From Myxococcota bacterium (lineage in GTDB: Bacteria; Myxococcota_A; Polyangia; Nannocystales; Nannocystaceae), in assembly GCA_039028615.1 (NCBI GenBank), contig JBCCHT010000004.1, positions 96,001 to 160,000 on the forward strand: DNA of 64,000 nucleotides, written 5' to 3'. Of this stretch, positions 49,721-59,578 are shown one piece after another. The notes beneath the pieces were generated by a model. It had not been told where the DNA came from. It searched no databases and was given only the letters and a program-made list of their open reading frames with translations. Numbering within the stretch: position 1 is the stretch's first letter; every line of letters begins with the position of its first letter. A program made the translations under genes and the position numbers.

Positions 49721-50746
49721 CTAGGGCCCTTGCGCTCGCAGGCCCGCACGCGTGGCTTCGAGGTGCTCGGCCACCGACAACCAGTCGGGCCGCAGCGCCA
49801 CCGCGTGCTCGAAGTGCCCCACCGCCAAGGCGAGGTCACCGTCTCGGCCCCGACGCTGGTAGGCGAGCCCGAGCTGCACATAGGAGACGGCCCGGGCCGG
49901 ATCGCGGCCGATGGTGTGGCGCAGCAGCGAGATCGCTTCGTTGTACTGACGCGCTTCGAGGAACACCCGAGCAAAGGCGTCGAGCAAGTCGGCGTCGGGG
50001 TGGTAGGTCCACAGCGCGTCGACCAAGGTGCGACGCGCTTCCTCGGGCCGATTGCGCAGCAGCAAGCCCCGCGCGCGATCGAGCGCGACCTGACCCGGTC
50101 GCCGCAGCAGGACGATCTGTTCGTCGACCTGCCGCTGACACACGATGCAGGGGCCATCGGGCGCCTCGTCGAGCGAGGCCACCGTGGGGTCTTGGCGCAT
50201 CACGCAGCCCGCGACGTCGTGGTGGGGCAAGCCGACGGCGTGCCCGAACTCGTGGCGGACCAGGGTGCGCAGGCGCTCTTCGGTGCGCTCGTCACCGTCG
50301 CCCGACAGCCGAGCCACCGACAGCAACGCGGTGCGATCGGGCAGGCTCGCCAGGCCGAACACGTAGGGCTTGCCCGGCTCGTAGAGATCCATCGCGGTGA
50401 TGTCGAGCTCGACCACCGCGTCGCGCGACCGGGTTTCGAAGAGCAGGTCGAGCGTGCGTCGAGCATCGAGCTGCTCGCGCTCGTCGTCCCATGCCTCGCG
50501 GACATCGGTGCTCAGTCGATTGGCCCGCAGCACGCAGCGCACCGGGAACTCTGCCAGTAGCACTCGACACGCGGAGCGGAGCTGCTCGTTGGCCACCGGT
50601 CCCAACGCGCGCACCACCACCAGCGGCGGGCGAGTCTCCGCCACCTTTGCCTCCCCCTCGACCTCCGCGCGCGATCCATCCACCTGGCCATTGGAGAGCC
50701 AAGCGACGCTCGCGAGTGTCAGTACGAGTTGAACCAGCCAGCTCAT
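49721..50746 (-). CDS. Exported archaemetzincin-like (M54) Zn metalloprotease with C-terminal TPRs
   Basis: QLDA, DLY..YVFGLA, HEFGHAVGLPH..CVM..C..C; signal-like N-terminus. Confidence 0.85.
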   Translation of the reverse strand: MSWLVQLVLTLASVAWLSNGQVDGSRAEVEGEAKVAETRPPLVVVRALGPVANEQLRSACRVLLAEFPVRCVLRANRLSTDVREAWDDEREQLDARRTLDLLFETRSRDAVVELDITAMDLYEPGKPYVFGLASLPDRTALLSVARLSGDGDERTEERLRTLVRHEFGHAVGLPHHDVAGCVMRQDPTVASLDEAPDGPCIVCQRQVDEQIVLLRRPGQVALDRARGLLLRNRPEEARRTLVDALWTYHPDADLLDAFARVFLEARQYNEAISLLRHTIGRDPARAVSYVQLGLAYQRRGRDGDLALAVGHFEHAVALRPDWLSVAEHLEATRAGLRAQGP

Positions 50747-51046
50747 TGCAGGCGTGCTTCCGCGAAAGGCCATCGCCGACGAGCCGGTGCGCCCGACGGT
50801 GACGTCTCAGATTATCCGGTTGTTGCCCGTGACTCCAAGCAGAACCGACCAGCACCACGCACATCGCGGTCGCCAGTGTCCTCGGCGCATGCCGCGAATA
50901 CGCACGCGGTGGCGGCGTGAGGCCGGCAAACACCCTTCCGACCAATGTGGGACTGTTTTAGCGCCGATTCGGGACCCGAGATCATCGAGCGTGAAGTCGC
51001 TTGCACTGAGCGCAAGTCAACCTGCATCGAGTGCAAAACGAGCGGC

Positions 51047-52525
51047 TCAGTGCGCCCGCCACACCTGCAGCAATGCGCCGTGCGCTTCGACGAACTGTTC
51101 GAACCATGCGGCCGTGTCCTCGCCCGCGCGCGATGCCATGAGCTCGCGTAGCTCGAAGACCCGACGAGACTGACCACGCCACTGCACGACATGCCCCAGC
51201 GGCTGCGGCCCGGCGATGGGGGCCAAGCCCCGCAAGCGACCCAAGACGGTCTGCGCTTCGATGGTCTCGCAGCCGCGCAGCTCGGCCATCGCGTCGTCGG
51301 TGGCCAGCACTCCCAGCGCTGCCGCCGCGTCGAAACGCGTGGCCGCGGACTCCGAGCGCAGACCCGCGCGCAAGCGCGTCAGTCCCGAGTCGCGACCCAG
51401 CAGGCACAGCAACAGACCGCCGAGGCCCTGGCGAGTGCCGCCCGGTCGCTCGAGCGCCTCGATCAGCACTCCCCGCGTGGCGTCGTCGAGCGCTCGCGGA
51501 CCGTGCCGCATGAGCATCGACGCGACTCGACCGCGTACGTGGGGCTCGACGCCCGATTCCCCGCGGCTACGCGCGAGCAGCTGGCACAGCGCGGTGCGGT
51601 GCTGGGGATCGGCCCAGTCTTCGATGAGATCGAGCGCAGCACTGACCACGCCGTCGATCGGCTCGCGCTCGAGCTGCTTCACCACGATCGGCTCGGCTTC
51701 ACGGCGCCCGAGGTCCACCAACGAACGCAGGCACGCCTGGTAGAACGAGCTCCCGCCCTCGAGGCCGGCGATCATCGTGATGCGGCGCAGGGCGTTCTGC
51801 TCGCGCACGGCCCGGCGCAAGGGCTCGGGCGCGGGCGCATCGAGCCGAGCCTGCGCCAGGTGAGGGTCACCGAAGGCGAGCGCCATCCAAGCCGCCTCGG
51901 GGCCCGGGGACGAGGTCATGATCCGCGTCGCGGCCTCCTCGAGACACTGCCCCCACGCGTGCCCGAGCTCGGTCAGCCGCACTCGATGCCCGCCCTCGAC
52001 CAGCCCGGCTTCGGTGAGCGTGGGAAAGTCGGCGAACCAGTAGCCCGTGGTGGGCTCGGGACGGCACAGTCGCGCCTCGATGGCGTCGGCCTGCGGCAAC
52101 GAGCCGAGGTACTCGCGATAAAAGAAGCCGTCGATCCAGTCTGGGCTGCCCTCGACGAAGTCGACGTCGAGGGTGGTGCCGTCGCGATGGGTGAGGCAGC
52201 AGCCGATGCCGTGAAAGCGATAGCTCCACTCGGGCAGGCCCGGCATCTCCCCCGCGGAGGGGACCTGCGACGGGTGCTCGAATGCCCCCCAGGCCCCCAC
52301 CCGACCGAGGCTCGCTCCGAGGCGCTCGCTCACCGTACGCCCCAGCCAGCGCTGCCGCGGCACGTGACGGTGCAACGCCGTCAGCAACCACCGCGCACCG
52401 GGGTCGACCGGTAGCGCGGGCGCGACCCAGTCGGCCATGCGGGCACTGAACTCGGAGGCCGACGCGGGTGCATCCGCGGCGGCGCGCTCGAAGCTCGCGG
52501 CGAAATCGGCGGGGTTCATGGTCAT
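51047..52525 (-). CDS. Hypothetical protein: DUF6896-like domain plus HEAT-like repeats
   Basis: ATG 52525 overlaps upstream stop (ATGA); WSYRFHGIGCCL..LDVDF; RFDAAAALG. Confidence 0.65.
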   Translation of the reverse strand: MTMNPADFAASFERAAADAPASASEFSARMADWVAPALPVDPGARWLLTALHRHVPRQRWLGRTVSERLGASLGRVGAWGAFEHPSQVPSAGEMPGLPEWSYRFHGIGCCLTHRDGTTLDVDFVEGSPDWIDGFFYREYLGSLPQADAIEARLCRPEPTTGYWFADFPTLTEAGLVEGGHRVRLTELGHAWGQCLEEAATRIMTSSPGPEAAWMALAFGDPHLAQARLDAPAPEPLRRAVREQNALRRITMIAGLEGGSSFYQACLRSLVDLGRREAEPIVVKQLEREPIDGVVSAALDLIEDWADPQHRTALCQLLARSRGESGVEPHVRGRVASMLMRHGPRALDDATRGVLIEALERPGGTRQGLGGLLLCLLGRDSGLTRLRAGLRSESAATRFDAAAALGVLATDDAMAELRGCETIEAQTVLGRLRGLAPIAGPQPLGHVVQWRGQSRRVFELRELMASRAGEDTAAWFEQFVEAHGALLQVWRAH

Positions 52526-53484
52526 GGCCCCTCGACGGGAGCGGGAGACGGCGTCAGCTCGTCGAGGTGGCGCTGGGCCAGGACTCGCTCGGGCTCCGCC
52601 GGTTCGGGCCGCGCGAGGTACATCTCCCACATTCGCAGAGCGGGGCTCGCGTTGCCCTGGGCCTGATGATCGAGCGCCCGGAAGAACAGCCGCTCGTGGA
52701 TCGGCAGCACCGTCTCCATGACGTCGCGAGAGTCGCTCTCTCCCGTCTCGCGACGCAGGACGATGAGCTCGGTGCGCGCGCGCGCCGGGGCTCCCGCCCG
52801 GTCGAGCACATAGGCACGGATGTAGCGAGAGATACGACGGTCGGTGGGAGGTGCGTCGTTGACCCCGCGCTGGGCCCGGCGTAGCGCCGCCTTGGTGTTG
52901 CCCGCGAGCAGCTCGATGATCGCCGCCATGCGTTCGCTTCGCCAACGCTGCACGTCGCCGGCTGCGATCGCTTCGTCGATGGCCTTGCGTGCCTCTTGGA
53001 CTCGACCCAACGCGGTCAGGGCGTAGGCGCGGTAGTAGAGCGCCTCGCGGGGCGGACGAATGCCGCGGCGGGCCGACTCGGCGATCGCGGTCTCGAGCCA
53101 ACGCAGGGCACGACCAATGCGAAGGCGATGCACCTCGACCATCTCGTCGATGGTCAGCGTCTCCACCCGGGTCCCGAACTGCTCCGACGTGTCGACGCGA
53201 GCGAACAGCGTGCCCGTCTCGACGATCTCGGCCAGCGCCGCCAGGGTCAGCAGCTCCACCGCGTGCGGGCACTGCTCTGCGCGACGGGCCCAGACCCCTT
53301 CTTCGTACTCGCCCCGCGGCCGGCCGTCGTTTCGCACCGCGCGGGCCTGAAGCTCCGCCTCGCCGCACGCTCGCCACCCGCGGGCCCCCGCTCTCGCCCA
53401 CGGCGTGGGGGGAGGTGCATCGGCGGGAGACCACGCGTCGCCCGGGCTCGCGAGCAGCGTGGTCAGCAACAGCCAAGTCGGCAC
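52522..53484 (-). CDS. Exported TPR-like protein
   Basis: Probable GTG 53484 with hydrophobic leader; EALYYRAYALTALGR..EA helical repeats. Confidence 0.7.
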   Translation of the reverse strand: MPTWLLLTTLLASPGDAWSPADAPPPTPWARAGARGWRACGEAELQARAVRNDGRPRGEYEEGVWARRAEQCPHAVELLTLAALAEIVETGTLFARVDTSEQFGTRVETLTIDEMVEVHRLRIGRALRWLETAIAESARRGIRPPREALYYRAYALTALGRVQEARKAIDEAIAAGDVQRWRSERMAAIIELLAGNTKAALRRAQRGVNDAPPTDRRISRYIRAYVLDRAGAPARARTELIVLRRETGESDSRDVMETVLPIHERLFFRALDHQAQGNASPALRMWEMYLARPEPAEPERVLAQRHLDELTPSPAPVEGP

Positions 53485-53568
53485 GTGGTTAGTATGCCGG
53501 GCGCCAGCGTCGGGGCCAATCCGTCGGGAATTTGCGTTTGGACTCCGCCGTCTTGCAGCCTGGGCAGC

Positions 53569-53976
53569 ATGGCTCCCGCCTCGGGTTCTGACCGTCTCAC
53601 CGCCATCACTGCTCACCTGGGGCAACTCGGCCGCGGACTGACGATCATGGGGCGCAAGTTCGCAGGGGTGCTCGGATGGACAGGTCGTTCGACGACCGGT
53701 TTCCTCCGCGAGCGAAAAGCGGTGGTCCGGGCGATCGTCTACCGAATGATGTGGTGGTCCGCGCTCGGTCTGCTCGTGCTCGGCGGTGGCGTCGTCCTCG
53801 GCCACGGCGAGCTGCCCCAACGCGAGATCGTCTTGGCTCCCTTCGTCGTGGCGCTGGCGATCTGCGGCGTGCTGCGCCTAGTCGCGGCCGAGCGACACCT
53901 GCGAGTCGCCGCCCTCGGCCTCGGGGTCATGCACGGCGGCGCCGTGGTCATGGTGTGGAGTGCGTTCGCTGGCTGA
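53569..53976 (+). CDS. Small membrane protein (about 3 TM helices)
   Basis: ATG 53569; three hydrophobic segments. Confidence 0.65.
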   Translation: MAPASGSDRLTAITAHLGQLGRGLTIMGRKFAGVLGWTGRSTTGFLRERKAVVRAIVYRMMWWSALGLLVLGGGVVLGHGELPQREIVLAPFVVALAICGVLRLVAAERHLRVAALGLGVMHGGAVVMVWSAFAG

Positions 53977-54017
53977 GGGCCGGGGCTCGTCCATCGCGAG
54001 CCCCTGACCGCCCGCCG

Positions 54018-55307
54018 CTAGTACTTGTTCTTGGTGTCCCAGCCCGGCGGGAGGTCACAGACCTCGCCCCCGCTGTCGCCACTTTCGCCGCCGTCGGAGG
54101 ATCCTCCCCAGCCGTCGTCGGACGAGCCGCCCCAGCCTCCGTCGGAGTCACCCGAGCCCCCCGTGCCGGGGAACACGGTCGTCACGCCGCCGCTCCAGCC
54201 TCCGGAGTCCGAGCCGCCCCAGCCACCCGTGCCGGGCGAGGTCGTCACGCCGCCGCTCCAACCACCGGAGTCCGAGCCGACCCAGCCTCCGTCGGAGTCC
54301 GAGCCCCACCAGCCAGTATCCGAACCCCACCAGCCGCCGGAGTCCGAGCCCCACCAGCCGGTGTCCGTGCCGACCCAACCGCCGTCGGTCGTGCCGCCGC
54401 CCCAACCTCCCGACGTCGTGCCACCGCCCCAACCTCCCGAGGTCGTGCCACCGCCCCAACCTCCCGAGGTCCCGCCCCAGCCGGTCGTCGCCGCGCCGCC
54501 GCTGCCCCAGCCTCCGCCAGAGCCACCCCAGCCGCCCGAGGTCCCGCCCCAGCCTCCGCCGGATCCACCCCAGGTGCCGCTCCAGCCTCCGTCACTCGAT
54601 CCCCAGCCATCGGGATCGGGCACGCAGGTGCCGGCCTCACAGTACTCGTCGGGATCGCAACCGCTGCCCCCGAGGCACTCGAAGGCCTTGCCCTCGACGA
54701 TGTTGAGCTGGAAGGGCCCCTCTTCGAGACCGTAGCCATCGACCACGATGGTGATCGTCTGGCCCGCTGCGAGCTGGATGTACAGCGCCGACAGCTCGTT
54801 GATCGAGTCGTCGTTGCACGCGATCTCGGGGCCCTTGCCGCACCCGTCGAGGATGTACAGCCCGGTGTCGAACTTCGAGCCCATCGTATCGATGGTGTAG
54901 AGCCCGGGCCCGGGTGCGGTCCATGAGAACGCAGCATCGGCCGCGCACTGCGGGAAGCATCCCGCCGCGTAGTCATTGCTCTCGGCCACGGTGTCGCCCG
55001 TGACGTGCACGGGCAGCGCATCGCCCAGATCCTCCACGCCATCGCAGACGTCGACGCCGGGGCCCGTGCTGTCGCTGCCGCTGCTGTCACCGTCGTCGGT
55101 CCCGGTCGGCTCGGCCGTCTCGTCGCCGGAGTCGGTGCTGGTGTTGCCCGAAGGCGAGCCGCTCGAGTCACTCATGCCGGTCGACGATCCGTCGTCGTTG
55201 CCGGGCACGGGCTCGGCCATACATGCCGACGAGCCGACGAGCAGCAGACCCACCGCAAGCGCGGACGCAGGGCGAGAGAACATCGAAGTGGGGGCGTTCG
55301 AAGTCAT
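54018..55307 (-). CDS. Lipoprotein with PPC-like beta domain and Gly/Trp-rich repeat tail
   Basis: Lipobox SSAC; YTIDT.GS.FDT.LY..C..EIACNDD..IVVDGY; tail of GGWGG repeats. Confidence 0.82.
   Translation of the reverse strand: MTSNAPTSMFSRPASALAVGLLLVGSSACMAEPVPGNDDGSSTGMSDSSGSPSGNTSTDSGDETAEPTGTDDGDSSGSDSTGPGVDVCDGVEDLGDALPVHVTGDTVAESNDYAAGCFPQCAADAAFSWTAPGPGLYTIDTMGSKFDTGLYILDGCGKGPEIACNDDSINELSALYIQLAAGQTITIVVDGYGLEEGPFQLNIVEGKAFECLGGSGCDPDEYCEAGTCVPDPDGWGSSDGGWSGTWGGSGGGWGGTSGGWGGSGGGWGSGGAATTGWGGTSGGWGGGTTSGGWGGGTTSGGWGGGTTDGGWVGTDTGWWGSDSGGWWGSDTGWWGSDSDGGWVGSDSGGWSGGVTTSPGTGGWGGSDSGGWSGGVTTVFPGTGGSGDSDGGWGGSSDDGWGGSSDGGESGDSGGEVCDLPPGWDTKNKY
54095..54610 (-). repeat. Low-complexity coding repeat (GGWGG.S/T)n
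   Basis: About 20 GW motifs; GGWSGGVTT..PGTGG occurs twice. Confidence 0.85.
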
Positions 55308-55440
55308 GGAAGCGTTCACCCGACGGGGCGCCGCTGGTTTCCTCCCGATCGGCGCCGAGGGACGAGTGCTTCGTCCGGCGCTCGACGCTCCCTCCGCGTT
55401 CAGAGGATCACCGACAAAAGGGCGGATTCCATGACATTCA

Positions 55441-55490
55441 GAACTAGGTTTGGGGGCAGTATCTAATCTAGTCACTAGGTATAGTAGTCT
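55441..55490. promoter_or_regulatory. AT-rich intergenic patch with palindrome CTAGTcACTAG
   Basis: Three CTAG within 35 bp; inverted repeat at 55468-55478; upstream of the minus-strand gene starting at 55307. Confidence 0.4.
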
Positions 55491-55701
55491 TCGGCAGCGG
55501 CGCCTCCTCGTCAATGGGGAAGCCACTCGGTGCTCTGAATGGGTCCTCCGCGCGTCTCCGACGGGGGACGAACGGGGAGCCACGCGCTCGGCTGTGAGGC
55601 CGGTCCGATGCGCCCGCGGACCGCGACCAACGAGTGGCACAAAAGCGCTTCCGCAGCCGCAGCCGCGAAAGCGCTCGAAATGGGTGATGAATGGGCCAGC
55701 G

Positions 55702-56526
55702 CTACAGCGGCGTCGTCGATCCCACGCACCACACGTTGCTGTCGAAGCCCGGCTCACCGAAGGTCTGACAGCACGCCCGCGTTCGAATCACCGACTCGCC
55801 GCCGAGCGGCAAGGACCACGGACCCGTGCCGTGCAGGTTGTTGCCCGAGGTCACGGTGGTCCCGGTCGCCGTCCGCTGGCGATAGCCGGTCTCCGACGGA
55901 ATCGCGGCGCCGTTGAACACGTTGCCGCCGATGATCGTGCTGCGACGGCTGCGGATCGAGGCGCGATGGTTGGCCGAGTTGCTGAGCCACGGCGCGCTCC
56001 CGTTGGCCCGCACCTGGTGACGACACTGAGCATAGGCATAACCCTGGAACGGCTGCAGCGGTCGGATGTTGTAGCCGCGCACCCGGGTGCGACGATTGCC
56101 CTGGGTGTTGAACGACTGCTGGTAGGCACGGAAGCTCTCACCGACGTCGAGCTGCGGCGCCTGCTCCGAGACGGCTTCGATCTCCGCCTCGAGCCACCCC
56201 TGCACGTCCTCGACGGTCTCGCCGTCGATCAAGCGCTGGTAGCTCTCGCGCAGGATCTCTTCGGCCGACGCCTCGCCGACCACGTCGCAGAGGTCTCCGA
56301 ACTCGGCACAATCGAAGTCACGTCGATGGTGATCGAGCCACTCGTCCACCGAGCCTTCGACCTCGGAGGCCTCCCACACGGAGACGAGCTCGTCCTCGGT
56401 GAAATCGAGCAAATAGGGGGCTTCGGTCTCGTTGCGGGGCACCTCGGGCTGGGGCTCGGGAGCGTCACAACCGATGGACAGAGTGCATAGACACGTGATG
56501 GAAAGGAGGGCGGTTTTGATTTGCAT
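55702..56526 (-). CDS. Lipoprotein with acidic N-half and basic C-half
   Basis: ATG 56526, RBS GAAGG; lipobox SIGC. Confidence 0.75.
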   Translation of the reverse strand: MQIKTALLSITCLCTLSIGCDAPEPQPEVPRNETEAPYLLDFTEDELVSVWEASEVEGSVDEWLDHHRRDFDCAEFGDLCDVVGEASAEEILRESYQRLIDGETVEDVQGWLEAEIEAVSEQAPQLDVGESFRAYQQSFNTQGNRRTRVRGYNIRPLQPFQGYAYAQCRHQVRANGSAPWLSNSANHRASIRSRRSTIIGGNVFNGAAIPSETGYRQRTATGTTVTSGNNLHGTGPWSLPLGGESVIRTRACCQTFGEPGFDSNVWCVGSTTPL

Positions 56527-56786
56527 TGGGGACCTTCTCGAATGCGCTTGCATGCGCTCGATTGGCGTAGCCCTTCGTTGCGCTCACTCGCCAGGTCAAT
56601 GCCCGCCTGATGTCCGCTCAGGTTGCGCTCAAAGATCGTGGCTATGGTGCAACCACGTCGATCGCCGCGCGCTCGCGAGCACCGACGGCCCGGGCGCCGC
56701 GGGCCCCAGGGCACATCGATGCCGCGTACACCCGCCATCCGGCTCGCCCGTCGCCGCGCGTCCTCGCGCCTGGTACCTTTTGACGG

Positions 56787-58391
56787 ATGCTTCGCCGTCC
56801 CCCCCTGCCCATCGTCGCCTTGGGCCTGCTTCTCGCCCTCGGTTGCGGTGGCGACGACGCGGCCGGCGACGAGCAGGGCGAAGGGGAGGCCGGAGCCAGC
56901 ACGGGCGAAGACGAAGGGCCGCCGCATCCGAGCTTTGCCGAGCCGGCTAGCCGGCGACTGGCCCTCACCGGAACCCGTCACCTCGACATCGAGCTGGCCG
57001 TGCTCGGCGTCGTCGAAGGCGTGACGGAGCTGCTGCTCGACGAGCAGACGCTGGGGCCGCTGCCCGAAGGCTCGGTGTCGGGTCAGCTCGAGCCCAACAT
57101 GCTCACCCTGTACGTGCGCGGGTCCTTGGTGCCCGGGCAGCACGATATGATCCTGCGGACCGCCGACGGCACGGGCAGCGACGAGTCCGAGCCGGTGTTG
57201 GTGGAGATCGCCGCCGACACCAGCATCGAGCCCGCCGCGAGCCTCGACGACACGGTCGTCGCCCGGGGACAACACCTGTCGAGCATCGGCCACGACGACC
57301 ACGCCGTGCTCCTCGTGCTCGAGCAGACGGACACCGATCCTCTGCTGCACGTGCTGCCGCGAAGCGAGGACGGCTGGACCGCCGACGGCGGCCCCACGAT
57401 CTCCCTGCCCGGCCTGCAGATGGGCGCGGACGAGACCAGCCTCCCCGTGGCCACCCAGCGTCGGCGCGTCGACGAGGGCGACACGGGCCGGCTGCGCGTG
57501 GCCTGGCGCGTCGATCGACCGGGCACGCGCATCGAAGTCGTCGAGTTCGAGTGGGACCAGCCCCAGACCAAGATGTTCCCCGACCTCGTGCTCGACATGG
57601 CCACGGCTCGAGCCGACCGTACGGCAGAGTGGTCGGAGTTGCGGCGCCCGTGGCTGCTCGGCGACTACCTGCTGACCGAGCTGTGGGCTCCGGTCGACGT
57701 CGAGTCCTCGCGACCGGGCGACTACATCATCGCGTTCGCTCGCATCGGCGGTGACGCGCAGACCCTCGATCCCGCGCAGCACCTCGCGCTGGGGCCCGAC
57801 CTCATGGATCTGGACGGCATCGCGCCCGCCGTCGATGCCATCGCCGCCAACGCAGGGCGACCGGCCCCGGTGAGCCTGCGTGCCGACGGGCATCGCCCAG
57901 TCATCTTGGAGCTGGACCCCTCGACCAACCTGCTCGGCATTCGCAGCACCGCCGTGCCGGGCCGCGGCGGCAACGAGGTCAAGGTCGAGGGCCCGCTGGC
58001 GTCCGTGCTCGGGGCCTTCGGCTCCCGCACCGTGGCCGGCTTCGCCGCAGAGCCGGAGGTCGGCATGCACGTGTCGTTCATCGACGACCTCGGGGGCCGC
58101 GTCACGACCCGCCAGACGCCCGCCGATGCCGAGCCCAACGTCGAAGACGCGACCGGCCCGATCGCGAGCGCATCCATCGATGGACTCACCGTGTTTCTCG
58201 TGCCGCTCGGCGCCTCGCATCCGGTCCAAGCGCTGTTCCCGGTAGGCGACGACCTGGAGATCATCGAGCTGCCGGGCGTGCAGTGCGACGCGGTGGCCCT
58301 CGCCGGTATCGCAGGCGTGGGCTCGGTGCCGCTGGCCTGCCTCCGCGACGGCGAAGTACGGCTCGGCGAGCTGACCTCCACGACCCGCTGA
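56787..58391 (+). CDS. Hypothetical lipoprotein (beta-rich)
   Basis: Lipobox ALGC; good codon bias. Confidence 0.75.
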   Translation: MLRRPPLPIVALGLLLALGCGGDDAAGDEQGEGEAGASTGEDEGPPHPSFAEPASRRLALTGTRHLDIELAVLGVVEGVTELLLDEQTLGPLPEGSVSGQLEPNMLTLYVRGSLVPGQHDMILRTADGTGSDESEPVLVEIAADTSIEPAASLDDTVVARGQHLSSIGHDDHAVLLVLEQTDTDPLLHVLPRSEDGWTADGGPTISLPGLQMGADETSLPVATQRRRVDEGDTGRLRVAWRVDRPGTRIEVVEFEWDQPQTKMFPDLVLDMATARADRTAEWSELRRPWLLGDYLLTELWAPVDVESSRPGDYIIAFARIGGDAQTLDPAQHLALGPDLMDLDGIAPAVDAIAANAGRPAPVSLRADGHRPVILELDPSTNLLGIRSTAVPGRGGNEVKVEGPLASVLGAFGSRTVAGFAAEPEVGMHVSFIDDLGGRVTTRQTPADAEPNVEDATGPIASASIDGLTVFLVPLGASHPVQALFPVGDDLEIIELPGVQCDAVALAGIAGVGSVPLACLRDGEVRLGELTSTTR

Positions 58392-58539
58392 ACCCCGCTA
58401 CGAAGGCGTGCGTTGGCTCGCGCAGCCAATTCGCCGTCGGAGCGAGCCCCGCCGGAAGCCCCCCGTAAAGACGCCGTCTTCGGCGAGATGTGGGCCAGGT
58501 CCGGGCACGCCCGAGACCATTCCGTATACTCCCGGCGTC

Positions 58540-59574
58540 GTGGCGAGCACTCGTACCAAGACCATCCTCAAGGTCATCGGCGTCCTCGTATTGATCGTGG
58601 TCGCCATCCTCGGTGCCTGGGCCTGGGTGACCCTCCGCGTCGAGGAGATTCCCAAGGAGCTGCCCCGAATGGAGCGCAGCGCCGACGACCTCGACATCCC
58701 GGCTGTCGGCAGCGGCGACGACCTCCGCCTGGCCGAGCTCCACGGTCACAAGAACGTCATCATCTTCGAGGGCTTCCAGTCCATGCGCACCGAGCAGGGC
58801 AAGGAGATCAACAGCGCCCTCAATCGGTGGACCATCCCCGAGAACGTCAAAGTCCACATCGTGTTCGATGGCGAAGGGATGGAGATGTTCAAGGACAAGG
58901 TCTCGCGCTTCACCGACTTCTTCGCGTCCGAGGTGCGGCACCCCGTCTACATCGACTTCAAGGGCGAGGTCCTCGACGTCTTCAAGCTGGTCAAGGGTCA
59001 CCACGGCATCGCGGTGGTCGACCCCGAGGGCAAGACCATCCTCCGCAACAGCGGCGGCTTCGACAAAGGCCAGGTCGAGGAGCTGCGCGAGATGCTGGGC
59101 GCCAGCGAGCCCCCTCCGCCCCAGCCCGCCCCGCCCTTCTCGCTCGCCGGCCTCGACAACGAGTCCTGCAAGCAGAAGCCCTGCATCTTCATCTTCATGG
59201 GCAAGAAGGTCACCCGCGCCGAGATCCCCTGGATCGAAGGCGGCTTCGAGGGTAACCGCACCGACTCGATGGAGCGGATGACCCGCCCCGAGATCCGCAT
59301 GGCCGCGTCGGCGATGCGCCTGCCCATCAAGAAGTCGCACGGTCTCGTGGTCGGCGAGCTCGAGGGCCTCGACCTCAAGGGCTGGCAGATCGTCCCCGAC
59401 GACGCCGAGGCCCGCAAAGCCTTCGAGCTCGCGCCCGACGACAGCGCGCTGGTCGTGATCGACACCCAGGGCCGGATGGTCTTCAAGGACAAGGGCTTCA
59501 TCCCCATGTACCGCTGGTCGCTCGCCATCGACGAGACCGACGAGAAGATCCTCCGCGAAGGCGAAGACGACTAG
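58540..59574 (+). CDS. Membrane-anchored protein with two redoxin/YtfJ-like domains
   Basis: N-terminal TM helix; two copies of D..G/E....F.L....(I/L).V.D..G; no canonical CxxC; start approximate. Confidence 0.6.
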   Translation: MASTRTKTILKVIGVLVLIVVAILGAWAWVTLRVEEIPKELPRMERSADDLDIPAVGSGDDLRLAELHGHKNVIIFEGFQSMRTEQGKEINSALNRWTIPENVKVHIVFDGEGMEMFKDKVSRFTDFFASEVRHPVYIDFKGEVLDVFKLVKGHHGIAVVDPEGKTILRNSGGFDKGQVEELREMLGASEPPPPQPAPPFSLAGLDNESCKQKPCIFIFMGKKVTRAEIPWIEGGFEGNRTDSMERMTRPEIRMAASAMRLPIKKSHGLVVGELEGLDLKGWQIVPDDAEARKAFELAPDDSALVVIDTQGRMVFKDKGFIPMYRWSLAIDETDEKILREGEDD

Positions 59575-59578
59575 AGTC

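Noticed and set aside
52526..53476. N-terminal extension of ORF 51047..53476
   Set aside because: Off-frame overlap with the TPR gene; ATGA coupling supports a start at 52525
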